Origin: Opitutales bacterium
Lineage (GTDB): Bacteria; Verrucomicrobiota; Verrucomicrobiia; Opitutales; PNEW01
Assembly: GCA_965197745.1 (NCBI GenBank)
Contig: CBDANS010000006.1
Span: 1,376,001 to 1,440,000, forward strand
Length of the DNA stretch: 64,000 bases
Reading direction: 5' to 3'
Within the stretch, counting starts at the first letter, position 1. Each line of letters begins with the position of its first letter. The position numbers and the translations under genes are program-made. Below, piece after piece: positions 1 through 9,395 of this stretch. The notes under the pieces were generated by a model that searched no databases, had not been told where the DNA came from, and was given only the letters and a program-made list of their open reading frames with translations.

Positions 1-2
1 TA

Positions 3-1238
3 GGACAATATAAGCCGCCCTATTTTTATGGTCAGATGCCCACCCCATTTTATGACGCCAATGACGGCTACCCATCCTATCTTTTAGTGAACCAGGGTGG
101 AGGGAGATTTAAGGATCAAACGGATAGCTCAGGTCTTGCCACCAAGCGCTATCGGCGAACTTATAGCACATCGTTTCTCGATCTCAACGATGATAAAACG
201 CTTGATTTACTCGTGGTCAGTGATTTTTCCGGAGCTGATGTTTATTATAATAGAGGGGATGGTACATTTATGGATGTAACTTCCACCGCCATAGATGAAC
301 GCAGTTCCTTCGGCATGTCTCATTCCTTCGGTGACTATAATCGTGATGGGAAACTGGATATTTACATGGGGGGGATGGGTTCGACAACAGCCCGAAGACT
401 TGAGAATATGGGGGTTGGTAGGGAAGACAGGAAAAAAATCACTAATATGCGTATGCCCATGGGCTATGGCAACCGGATGTATCTTGCCTCCCCGGATGGT
501 ATCTACCGACAACCCTCCTTTATTGATCAGGTGAATCGCTCAGGTTGGAGTTGGGGGATGAGCACATTTGATTTCGATTCGGACGGAGCGCAGGATATTT
601 ATATAGCCAATGGAAACTATTCGATGGAAACATGTGAAGACTACTGCAGTATTTTTTGGACCCAGGACATCTATTCGGGAAATTCTGAACATAACCCGGC
701 GCTTGAAAATTTATTCAGCAATACACGACTTAATTTTGGGACTGAAGCTAAAGGTGGGTGGAACCCCTACGAAAAAAACGTGCTCTTTATGAATCTCGAT
801 GGGGAAGGGTTTATTAATGTTTCATTTCTCATGGGTGCGGCTTTTTCTTATGATTCAAGAACGGTAGTGACAGATGACCTGGACAACGATGGGCGGCCCG
901 ATCTCATTATCACCTCTGTCGATTGGGTGAAACAAACACGAGACCTGCACGTTTATCAGAATCGCTGGCCCATGAAAAATAACTGGGTAGGCGTTCGTTT
1001 GCCCGAGGGGAAAGGTTACTCCCCCTTCGGGGCCAAAGTCACGTTAGTCAGTGAAGGAGGGAAGCAAATACAGTCCATAGTTACGGGCGATTCACATCTC
1101 GCTCAGCATTCCACCCAAAAACATTTTGGTCTGGGCCAGGATATATCCGTGAACTCCATTGAAGTTCACTGGCCCGATGGTCGCACCACCCTCGTGAATG
1201 ATCCAGCCATTAATCAGTATCACCTGGTCACTCCGTGA
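3..1238 (+). CDS. CRTAC1-like FG-GAP repeat protein with C-terminal ASPIC/UnbV domain (5' truncated by window edge)
   Basis: Frame is open from base 3 (GQYKPPYFYGQMPTP...). Repeated DxD/NxDGxxD motifs (DYNRDGKLD, DFDSDGAQD, DLDNDGRPD) and ASPIC/UnbV-type tail GAKVTL...HFGLG...EVHWPDG. Confidence 0.85.
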   Translation, partial: GQYKPPYFYGQMPTPFYDANDGYPSYLLVNQGGGRFKDQTDSSGLATKRYRRTYSTSFLDLNDDKTLDLLVVSDFSGADVYYNRGDGTFMDVTSTAIDERSSFGMSHSFGDYNRDGKLDIYMGGMGSTTARRLENMGVGREDRKKITNMRMPMGYGNRMYLASPDGIYRQPSFIDQVNRSGWSWGMSTFDFDSDGAQDIYIANGNYSMETCEDYCSIFWTQDIYSGNSEHNPALENLFSNTRLNFGTEAKGGWNPYEKNVLFMNLDGEGFINVSFLMGAAFSYDSRTVVTDDLDNDGRPDLIITSVDWVKQTRDLHVYQNRWPMKNNWVGVRLPEGKGYSPFGAKVTLVSEGGKQIQSIVTGDSHLAQHSTQKHFGLGQDISVNSIEVHWPDGRTTLVNDPAINQYHLVTP

Positions 1239-1328
1239 CGATTGCCGATTTCGAACATGATGCACGATGCAAGATCCAGGGTGGTTGGACAATGATCTCA
1301 TCGATAATAGCTAGATGTCAGGCAATTA

Positions 1329-1583
1329 GGTGGAACGCGCTGTCCCTAGTGCGTTGAGGATATCGGACGCAAAAGACATACCCCTGGAATGGAAGATGTC
1401 GGGCTTCGCCCTCGGTACGGATTTCGGATTGGAGGGATTCGCCGCAGAGACGCAGAGTACGCAAAGTTAGTATATAAAATTTTGTTTTTGTATTATTCAT
1501 AAACTAAAATCTCAGCGCTCTCAGCGCCTCTGCGGTTAATTTGCCAAAAAACAATCGACAATCGCAAATCGGCAATCCGAAAT
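1329..1583. repeat. Composite intergenic repeat cluster: GTGG-REP-like hairpin, CTACCGAG-type mini-element, 9-mer inverted arms, heptamer array
   Basis: GGTGGAACGCGCTGTCCCTAGTGCGTT 1329-1355; GAAGATGTCGGGCTTCGCCCTCGGTA ~1392-1417; CGCAGAGA(C/T)-type 9-mers 1443-1465 with inverted partner 1511-1536; AATCGAC/AATCGCA/AATCGGC/AATCCGA 1553-1583. Confidence 0.8.
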
Positions 1584-1585
1584 TG

Positions 1586-2527
1586 TCAGAACCACCTTTC
1601 ACGGTTCACGACATTCTGCAGCGGTTCTCCGGAGATAAATCGGCGCAGGTTTTCTATCAGTGTAGCGACGCGCCGTTGCTGAATATAGGAGCTGACCCCT
1701 GCGATGTGCGGAGTAATGATCACATTTTCCATTTCCCAAAGTGGATGATCTGAGGGCAGCGGTTCAGTCTCGAAAACATCGAGACCGGCACCTGCAATTT
1801 CACCGTTTTCAAGAGCGCTCGTTAAAGCACTGAGGTCGACGACGACCCCTCGCGAAATATTGATGAAATAGGCGGTCTTCTTCATCCGCTGCAGTTGCTC
1901 ACCACCGATCAGCTTAACCGTTTCAGGGCTATGGGGGATGCAACTGACGACAAAATCAGATTCCTCGAGAAGCTCATTAAGCTTATCGATCTCCCACAAT
2001 GCATCAACAATGTCAGGTTTTTCACGCCGCTTGGCATCGGTGGCGATAACACGCATCCCACAGGCTGCGCTGCGTCTGGCAAGTTCTATTCCGATCCCGC
2101 CGAGCCCGATAATCCCCAATGTTTGATTGGCGAGATGTATTACCGGAACACCGCGCTCCCAGCTCCGGGCAAGTTGCTTGCGCAAATAGAGATGAAACCC
2201 GCGGGCGAACATTAAAATATAAGCTAAGGTATGGTCGGCTATGACATCACTGAAAATTCCGGCCATGTTACTGATTTCGATATCACTCTCGATTAAAGCC
2301 GGGAACATATAATTTTCCAGGCCGATGCACGGTGCCTGAATCCAATTCAGCTTGCTTGCGCGCTCTAATAAAACGGGAGTAATCGTGCCGTAGACAGCAT
2401 CGACTTCTTCGATTACTTCCAGCGCTTCCTCTTCGGAGTTGATATTCAGAATTTCTACCTGGTCTGAGACTGACGCGATCTCATCCACCGCTCTTTTTTC
2501 TAATGCCGGGTATATTAATAATTTCAT
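1586..2527 (-). CDS. D-2-hydroxyacid dehydrogenase
   Basis: GIIGLGGIG Rossmann motif, INISRG, AGLDVFETEPLP, ITPHIAG. Confidence 0.92.
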   Translation of the reverse strand: MKLLIYPALEKRAVDEIASVSDQVEILNINSEEEALEVIEEVDAVYGTITPVLLERASKLNWIQAPCIGLENYMFPALIESDIEISNMAGIFSDVIADHTLAYILMFARGFHLYLRKQLARSWERGVPVIHLANQTLGIIGLGGIGIELARRSAACGMRVIATDAKRREKPDIVDALWEIDKLNELLEESDFVVSCIPHSPETVKLIGGEQLQRMKKTAYFINISRGVVVDLSALTSALENGEIAGAGLDVFETEPLPSDHPLWEMENVIITPHIAGVSSYIQQRRVATLIENLRRFISGEPLQNVVNRERWF

Positions 2528-3699
2528 TGGCTTACTCTTCGCTCGCGGTGTGGAGCATATTTTTTTTCGGTGAGAAGATGTTCAAGATAAATACGAGAGC
2601 CATCCAATGAATCGGAAACATTCGCGGCGATCACTGCAGTCAAACTTTTCATCGCGTCTGAAAAAGGTGAGCAGATATTACCGGGAGATTGTGCAATAAT
2701 GGCTTCTATAAAATTACGACTGATGGCCAGGGTTGAATCTTCCAAAAGAGTAGCGTTCTCCGGTGGAACATCGAGTTTATGGCGTAGTTGGGAGTCGTCA
2801 GGAGTTGTCTTTGGGGGGTAGGCGCCATCGTAATGATAAGAGACAAATTCATCCGAATTAAGAACAAGTCGCCCTTCGTTCCAAAGAATTTGATGATCGA
2901 GATAACTGTTGTATACGCGACGCAGACGTGAAATCGCCATGTTCCCCACCGCGCCATTCTCGAATCCAAAAATGACATTATAAGTATGGGGATTATCGGC
3001 ACTCTCAATAATTTCGTCGGGTAGACGATTGACATAATTTGCTTGTACCCAAACGACATCACCCAACCAGTAACGCCATAAATCCAGCGTGTGAATTCCA
3101 TTTTCGACTGCCGTTGTCCCCGTCCAGGCACGGCTTGCCGTCCATACGCGATTTGCGGGACCGCCAACAGTTTCAGTGGGCATGTGTTTCACACTGTGTG
3201 ATTCCAAAGGAGCGTGGAAGGTATAGTTCGCTTGCACTACGCGTTTATCGGAAAGAAAATCTTTTACCGTTGCATGGCGGGGTTCAAATCTCTGCTGGAA
3301 GCCAACCGCAGAATAGACACCGGTTTCTTTAATTGTGGCCTCCATTTCGAGCGCTTCGTCAAGATAAAGGCTCATCGGCTTTTCGACAAATAAATGTATA
3401 CCCGATTGTGCTGCGCGAATCACTTCGCCACGATGGAGATTGGGTGGTATTGCCAGGTAAAGCACATCGGGCTTGCTCTCAGCGATCAGTTCGTCGAACG
3501 CGGTCGTCAATTTTATATTATCCTCGCGGTAATCGGGAACGAAGCTTCTTATTTTATCTCCATCGAGATTAGTCGCGAAGGAATCTGCTAAAACTGTTAT
3601 TTCGACCAGCCCCTCCGATTGCAGTTGCCACAAGGCTTTCAAGTGCTGTAGCCCGCGCTGCCCAATCCCGAGCATCCCAATTCGCAGTGGTTTTGTCAT
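2524..3699 (-). CDS. Gfo/Idh/MocA family oxidoreductase
   Basis: RIGMLGIGQRG, HLFVEKPM, VGFQQRF, NGIHTLD motifs; 4-bp overlap with the downstream gene. Confidence 0.9.
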   Translation of the reverse strand: MTKPLRIGMLGIGQRGLQHLKALWQLQSEGLVEITVLADSFATNLDGDKIRSFVPDYREDNIKLTTAFDELIAESKPDVLYLAIPPNLHRGEVIRAAQSGIHLFVEKPMSLYLDEALEMEATIKETGVYSAVGFQQRFEPRHATVKDFLSDKRVVQANYTFHAPLESHSVKHMPTETVGGPANRVWTASRAWTGTTAVENGIHTLDLWRYWLGDVVWVQANYVNRLPDEIIESADNPHTYNVIFGFENGAVGNMAISRLRRVYNSYLDHQILWNEGRLVLNSDEFVSYHYDGAYPPKTTPDDSQLRHKLDVPPENATLLEDSTLAISRNFIEAIIAQSPGNICSPFSDAMKSLTAVIAANVSDSLDGSRIYLEHLLTEKKYAPHRERRVSQ

Positions 3700-3753
3700 T
3701 GTTTATAAGATAGCCACATAAAGCACAAAAGGCACAAGAGAGTTTTTATAAAA

Positions 3754-3888
3754 TTGTCATTGCGAAAGAGGTGAAAACCAACCTCGGCTACCGAGCGCAG
3801 CGACATCTTTCAATCCATGTGTATGTAGGACGCCTATTGACAATCCCCTGGATCGCCGCAGTCGGCCACGCCTCCTTCGCGATGACAA
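3754..3888. repeat. TGTCATTGCG...CGCAATGACA long palindromic element carrying a 23-nt insert (3788-3810)
   Basis: Terminal IR TTGTCATTGCGAA / TTCGCGATGACAA; related copies at 6790-6898, 27984-28219, 44996-45156 and a right arm at ~35755-35797. Confidence 0.85.
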
Positions 3889-4071
3889 TTAAAATAAATT
3901 GATTTAAACTCATTCTGAAATTCAATGAACGCGATCATCCTTCGCCCGGTTGCCAATGACCGACATGCACCACGTGGCCCTACATTCATTAAATTTCTCA
4001 ATTGTGTTATTTGCGGCCAACTCTTTCTTTTGGCTATCCTGCATCCTGGATCCCGCATCCTGCATCATGAT

Positions 4072-5325
4072 TTACTCATCTTCTAATAATGCCCCGCTGA
4101 GGCTTTGGGTATCAAGGGTTCGGGTTACACGGAAAATTCCGGAGGGACCGAGAGGTGAACCGATATAGACAAAAATATGTTGCACTCCTCGCTTTTCATC
4201 AATTATCGCGGCCCCGGGATGCATCCCGTCAATTTCAGATCTGCTCATGAATCCATTCCTGTGAAGCAGGGTTCCTTCAAATCGCCATTCATTGCTTCCA
4301 TTTTTCAGTTTATCGGGGTCGATGCTCCAGAGGTTGAGCGTTTGACCATCGCGCGCATTCTGTGGACCTTTGCCTGCATCGCCGTTGCGGTCGGTAGCGA
4401 CGCATTCTATACGCTTGCTCACCGGATTGTAGCTCAAGTCAACGGTGTCCTGTGTCCATGCACCGTGAGAAGGGCTTTCGCTTATGTCGCGGACATCGGT
4501 AGCGCGAATCGTAGAGAGCATGGGTTTGAATGGAAACCAACCTTTCCTGGCATAAAGCTGAACATATCTCCAGGTATTAGAACGGGGTTCGAAACTTTCA
4601 TACCCGTGACATCTTGCGACCACTAGAATGGCTCCATCATGCAGTAATAGCGTAGGTTCAATGGGTGTGGCAAAGTCCGGGAATACCTGTTTTTTCTCTT
4701 TCCAGGTATTGCCCCCGTTTTTTGAATAACGTATCCATATTTCTGGCGGAACATAGGGTGTTCCATCGGGATTTCGTTTATCAGCCAGCGCGTTGCTATG
4801 GCCGGCGACAATGAGACCGCGGGTTGGATGGTCGAGAAGACGCGGACCGTTATTCGTTTGCGGTCCTGAAAGTTGCTCTTCGCCAAATGCACCGGGAAGA
4901 TGTTCCCAGGTTTTACCCTCATCTTCTGATCGGAAAACCCCGTAATTGGTCACCACGACTACCGTGCCATCCCTTGTCGTTCCGATAGAATTTCCAAAGT
5001 CCAAACGACACCCAACGGTTTCACTATTAATGAAAGATTTCAAATCAACTGGATTGGACCATGATTTTCCACCGTCCGTAGAGCGCGTCATCATTGTATA
5101 GGTGCTAAATTCATCACGTGGTTCACTCCCGCCCCAATGAAAAGGCAGTCGATAGAAAACAACGATCATGGTTTCCCCTGACATGGTTGCTACCGGCCAG
5201 CCGAAATGATTGTTATGGGTATGAAGATTTTCACCTTCAGGTAAGACGACGTGGACGAGTTCCAGCATACCCGCTGTTTTTTTCAGGAGCGCTTTAGAAC
5301 GCTCATTCAATTGTAATAGATTCAT
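4072..5325 (-). CDS. BNR/Asp-box (sialidase-like) protein
   Basis: Asp-boxes RSTDGGKSW, RSEDEGKTW, YSKNGGNTW. Start placed at ATG 5325 (MNLLQLNE); the longer ORF extends into a repeat. Confidence 0.75.
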   Translation of the reverse strand: MNLLQLNERSKALLKKTAGMLELVHVVLPEGENLHTHNNHFGWPVATMSGETMIVVFYRLPFHWGGSEPRDEFSTYTMMTRSTDGGKSWSNPVDLKSFINSETVGCRLDFGNSIGTTRDGTVVVVTNYGVFRSEDEGKTWEHLPGAFGEEQLSGPQTNNGPRLLDHPTRGLIVAGHSNALADKRNPDGTPYVPPEIWIRYSKNGGNTWKEKKQVFPDFATPIEPTLLLHDGAILVVARCHGYESFEPRSNTWRYVQLYARKGWFPFKPMLSTIRATDVRDISESPSHGAWTQDTVDLSYNPVSKRIECVATDRNGDAGKGPQNARDGQTLNLWSIDPDKLKNGSNEWRFEGTLLHRNGFMSRSEIDGMHPGAAIIDEKRGVQHIFVYIGSPLGPSGIFRVTRTLDTQSLSGALLEDE

Positions 5326-5489
5326 AATATAGGTTTCAGATGAGTGACTCACTGCATGGATCAGACCGGCCGAAATTTCCAGCAATAGTAAAATTATTAA
5401 AGTTCTCTGGAGATTTAGTGGTTTATTCAATGTTAGATTTCGACCTACAGCCGCGGGACTCGGTAGCCAATTGTCGATTGAAGAGATTA

Positions 5490-5575
5490 ACCGCAAAGAC
5501 GCGGAGAACGCAGAGTTTATGCTTAAAATTCTTGTTTGTACTGTTCATAATCTAATTCTCTGCGACTAAGCGGTT
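5490..5575. repeat. 9-mer-armed MITE-like element (second copy of 1443-1536)
   Basis: ACCGCAAAGACGCGGAGAACGCAGAG ... CTCTGCGACTAAGCGGT around an AT-rich spacer similar to that at 1466-1510. Confidence 0.65.
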
Positions 5576-5653
5576 AATTTACTAATAACTATCGACAATG
5601 TTATATATTCGCTTTTCGCATCATTGCATTTACGCATTACCACATACGCGCAT

Positions 5654-6223
5654 TCACTCATTTTCCATCAAAGCCTTGCGGAGGCGGTGGGCGCGCTCCC
5701 CGATGGGAAGTTGAAAGTTGGGGACGGGTTCATTGGCTTGATCAACTTTCCAGACGAAGACGAGAGGACCTTTCCCTTCGAAGAGAAGGTCGAGCTTTTG
5801 GTCAAAGTCAGTGTCATCGGTAAGGGTATAAACTGCTTCAATACCAGCGCCACGCGCAATTGTTTCATAATTTATTTTACCGGCACCCGGCACGAATTGA
5901 TTACCGGTTATTTCGTAGGTGCCGTTTTCAATGATCACGAGGGCATAATTTTCAACCGGTCTTTGGGCGACAGTAACAAGCGTTCCTAAACACATAAGCA
6001 TACTGCCGTCCCCGTTAAGGGTAATGACTCGGCGGTCGGGTCGGGCGATGGCGAGGCCATGGGCCAGGTCTGCGGCGTGTCCCATACCACTGTCAACCGA
6101 GGCAAAATCAAATGGTCCGTCAGATAAATTTTCCCAGGGTTTGGCGGTACCCATGTTAGTGATAATTATCTCGTCCTTGCGACGAGCGGCTAACTTCTCA
6201 AGACAGGTATATTTATTAAGCAT
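5654..6223 (-). CDS. TPP-dependent decarboxylase beta subunit (sulfopyruvate/phosphonopyruvate decarboxylase-like)
   Basis: TPP-binding motif GDGSMLM...IIENG; 189 aa; directly follows the alpha subunit. Confidence 0.8.
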   Translation of the reverse strand: MLNKYTCLEKLAARRKDEIIITNMGTAKPWENLSDGPFDFASVDSGMGHAADLAHGLAIARPDRRVITLNGDGSMLMCLGTLVTVAQRPVENYALVIIENGTYEITGNQFVPGAGKINYETIARGAGIEAVYTLTDDTDFDQKLDLLFEGKGPLVFVWKVDQANEPVPNFQLPIGERAHRLRKALMENE

Positions 6224-6225
6224 GA

Positions 6226-6720
6226 TTATACTGTCTCCTCGGTCAGTAATACAGCTGAGGGTAGAGAAGAAGCTAATGCTTTTTTCGCACCGGTTGAAAT
6301 CTGGTCCATGTCCTTATCATCGCTGAGAATGGAGTAGGGGATATTCCAGGCTTTAAGGGTGGGCTCGAGAAAGGTAGCCACCGAATCCACGCGCGGGGCC
6401 TCAGGGCTTAAGGTTTTAAAACCACGGTAACCTATAAGGAGGAGAACAGGGATTCCCATATTATAGACGGTGCCCCGGAAGGCATCTCCCGATTCCAGGA
6501 ATCCGGTATTTTGAATAAGCACCGCGGGATTCTTGCCCCCCAGGAAAAGCCCGGAAGCGATCGCAAAGGCTTCTCCCTCGCGGCTGACTTGAATGACTTC
6601 AATTTCAGGTTCTTTCCACAGCAACTCAAAGAGGACTCGTGATCCATTATCAGGAAGACCGACGATATGCGTAATGCCCTGCTTCTTGAATTCTTCAAGT
6701 ATGAGTCTTGAACTTATCAC
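6226..6720 (-). CDS. TPP-dependent decarboxylase alpha subunit (ComD-like)
   Basis: GLPDN, VSREGEAFAIASG, LIQNTG, LLLIGYRG match the PYR domain of ComD/Ppd alpha. Confidence 0.8.
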   Translation of the reverse strand: MISSRLILEEFKKQGITHIVGLPDNGSRVLFELLWKEPEIEVIQVSREGEAFAIASGLFLGGKNPAVLIQNTGFLESGDAFRGTVYNMGIPVLLLIGYRGFKTLSPEAPRVDSVATFLEPTLKAWNIPYSILSDDKDMDQISTGAKKALASSLPSAVLLTEETV

Positions 6721-6789
6721 CGTGAATCCAGCTTCTTCGGAATGAAATAATTAGTGAAATATAAGATGGAGAAAAAACATTTATTTTAA

Positions 6790-7153
6790 TTGTCATTGCG
6801 GGGAGCAACGAGACGAAGCAATCCAGAGGGAATTATTTTTCGCAATAGACATTTCCCTGGATTGCCGCAGTCGGCTACCGCCTTCTTCGCAATGACAATA
6901 GGGGAACAATTACTCAATCGACAATTTATTTCTCAATCTAACCGACATTACCCAGCGCGTTTCTCCAATTGCGACATCCTCAACGCGCTAGGGACACGAT
7001 TCAACTTAGCTCATCGCAGGTTGCGTTCCACCTATTTGCCTGACACACATAGCTGTTATCTTTAAGATGACTGTCTTAACACCTGTATCCTGCATCATGT
7101 ATCCTGCATCGTGTCCGCATTCGTACCGAGGACAAAGCCCGACATCCTCCAAT
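6790..7153. repeat. Repeat cluster: empty TGTCATTGCG palindrome, filled GTGG-REP, heptamer array, CTACCGAG-type element
   Basis: 6790-6898 palindrome; 6981-7033 REP with 24-nt insert 6997-7020; TGTATCC/TGCATCA array 7084-7111; TACCGAGGACAAAGCCCGACATC 7124-7146. Confidence 0.8.
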
Positions 7154-7159
7154 TTGAGA

Positions 7160-7766
7160 TCACTCAATCGTCAGTTCTTCGGTAATTACGGTGACTTCAT
7201 CCCCGTCTTCGTTGGCGAAGGTGGCATCAATGCTCAGTGTGGGCTGAGGGGTGTTGTCAGACTTGAAGTTGTTCTGGGTGATCAGGGTCTCAAACCCGTT
7301 CGTGGGTGAACCACTCTCAGCGACGACAACCGCAGCGCCATTGGTCTGCAAGAGGTCGCCCCCGGTGATCCTCAACCCGGGGTTGCCCGCGGGTACCGTG
7401 AAGGACCCTTCTCCGAACAGGATGTGGGGCACCGCATCGCCATCAGCATCGATATTGCCGATGGTTAAGCGTACCGCGATCGGCACTCCTCGGGCATCCA
7501 CCCCGGTCACTCACGATTCGCCCTTCCTGACCGGGTCCGAGGGTTAACGCTTTTGACCCTGAGTGTAAAAGAGTCGCATCTTCCAGGGTCTCTATCGTGA
7601 AGCCGAAAAACTGGATATCATTCGGCGGTTCACCAAGGGTAAATTCTCCTGTCCCTTCGGCATTTTCAAAATCGATGAATACTTCCTGTTCCTGAGGCGC
7701 GGCCAGGATGAATAAAGGAAAAGTCAGTCATGCCCACATAACTGTAACACGTTTTATTAGGTTCAT
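7160..7766 (-). pseudogene. Internally deleted paralog of the Ig-domain surface protein family
   Basis: AGGAGA RBS; ATG 7766 MNLIKRVTVMWA*LTFPLFILAAPQEQEVFIDFENAEG...LHSGSKALTLGPGQEGRIVSDRG matches the N-termini of 33414 and 56135, then joins out of frame to GVDARGVPIAVRLT...EELTIE (their C-terminus). TGA at 7728-7730. Confidence 0.9.
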
Positions 7767-8052
7767 TTACTCTCCTGACTGCAATTAATCTATTAAGGAA
7801 AAGATATAAAAGAGGATGATTAAGTATTTGTTTAGATGGTCTCAATCAATTAAATAATCACTCAAACCCTGATATAATACACTTTTTACCTGGGAGCTGG
7901 TCAAGGGCACTGAATTAAGCTGATTCTTGACCCTGGTATGTTGGGTCATGAAAATTCATTATTAAGACGCATTAATTTTCTGTATTGAAATTAGTATGAG
8001 GCAACGCAGTGTTGAACCCATATTTTTAAATAATAACGGAACGGACAGTTAA

Positions 8053-9363
8053 ATGACCCTTGAGGAATATGAACGCGCTTTTAACCATATGGTGTTGGAC
8101 GATGCGATGGATGAATATGGGCTTATTCGCCACCAGTTGACTTACCCGGTTCGCAAGCCACTCAGTAATGATCTCCTGAAGCACGAACGGGACGAAAGGG
8201 ATCGCAGAAAAGCTGCGGGTCAAAAATGGCATCCACTGGACGGCACACCGGCCTATGTCATGTACGAGGACGCAAATTATGTCGGCAACCGCTACCTCAT
8301 CTCTCAAGTGTGGCGCTCACGTGTCACCGGGGAGGCCGGATCAAAAGACGACGCACGCCGGGCCTATGAAGCCTCTCTCTATCCCTACCGCGAGGGCACG
8401 AGGAAAGAAAAAGGGTACTGGCCAAAACCTTATGGAGCATTGAAGGGAAATTACGCTGTCGACAAAAACTACACGGAAACGAGTTTAGATCAGGCTTATT
8501 CACCGGTCATCGCCCTATGGCGCTACTACCAGTATTTGGCAGATGATACTGAGAAACAGGAAATTGGAGAAGCGCTCCAGGCACATGGGCATTGGTGGAT
8601 TAATCACGAATACAATTATGACTACCTGGGTGAAGTATGGAATGTCTTCGATAATAATATGCCCCCTTTTAAAGCAGGTAAAATATCCTCACCGAGTGAA
8701 GCCCTCAAGATTCCCATTGGAATGCATATCGCTTATCAAATTACGGGCGACAAAACCCTGCTTGATGAATGCGTGAGGATATTGCGGAAAGGGATTGCCG
8801 ACGGGGGGGTGCAAATGCATCGCGGACCACGGGGTGAGATAAAGGAACTCTACCACTGGGCGGAGATATACGACTACTTCATGCGTGAGACTGAGCTTTG
8901 CGATGAGACTGATTGGCCTCGATTAATCAAGGCGTGCTGGCGAGCGGCAAAGAGCACGGTGCAGGAAGATGGTTTATGCATTGGCATGGGAAACTTCATG
9001 GACGATGGGCTCATCGAGAAGTACGAACCCGGGCCCGCTGATCACGTGGATCACTGTAATTACTGGAAAACCGACGCCAGGCATACGGCATCAACGACTC
9101 AGATGGCATGCCTGGCCATGTTGATTCAAGAACTGGACTACGATTCCGAAGCTGGAAGTGTTGGAAAGACGCTCTTGTCGAATGTGGCTAAAACCTTTGA
9201 GGACGACTATCGACCCTACCCCGTGGACTCATAACTTTATGCCCATCCCGAGCAGATGCCTCCATCACAGAGAGATAATCCACCACGGTCTATTTTTTGT
9301 ACGCGCACAGTTGTTTTCTGGTTGGATGCCTATTGGCGGGGAAAATTACACGGTATTTTCTAA
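8053..9363 (+). pseudogene. Uncharacterised protein (possible alpha/alpha-barrel glycosidase-like) with probable premature TAA at 9232-9234
   Basis: 393-aa ORF; the same frame continues 42 codons past the TAA (LYAHPEQMPP...FWLDAYWRGKLHGIF*) to 9363, just before the ABC gene. Fold call is a guess from the helical, aromatic-rich composition. Confidence 0.55.
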
Positions 9364-9395
9364 GATTGCAGAAACAGTTAAGATAAGAATAATCC

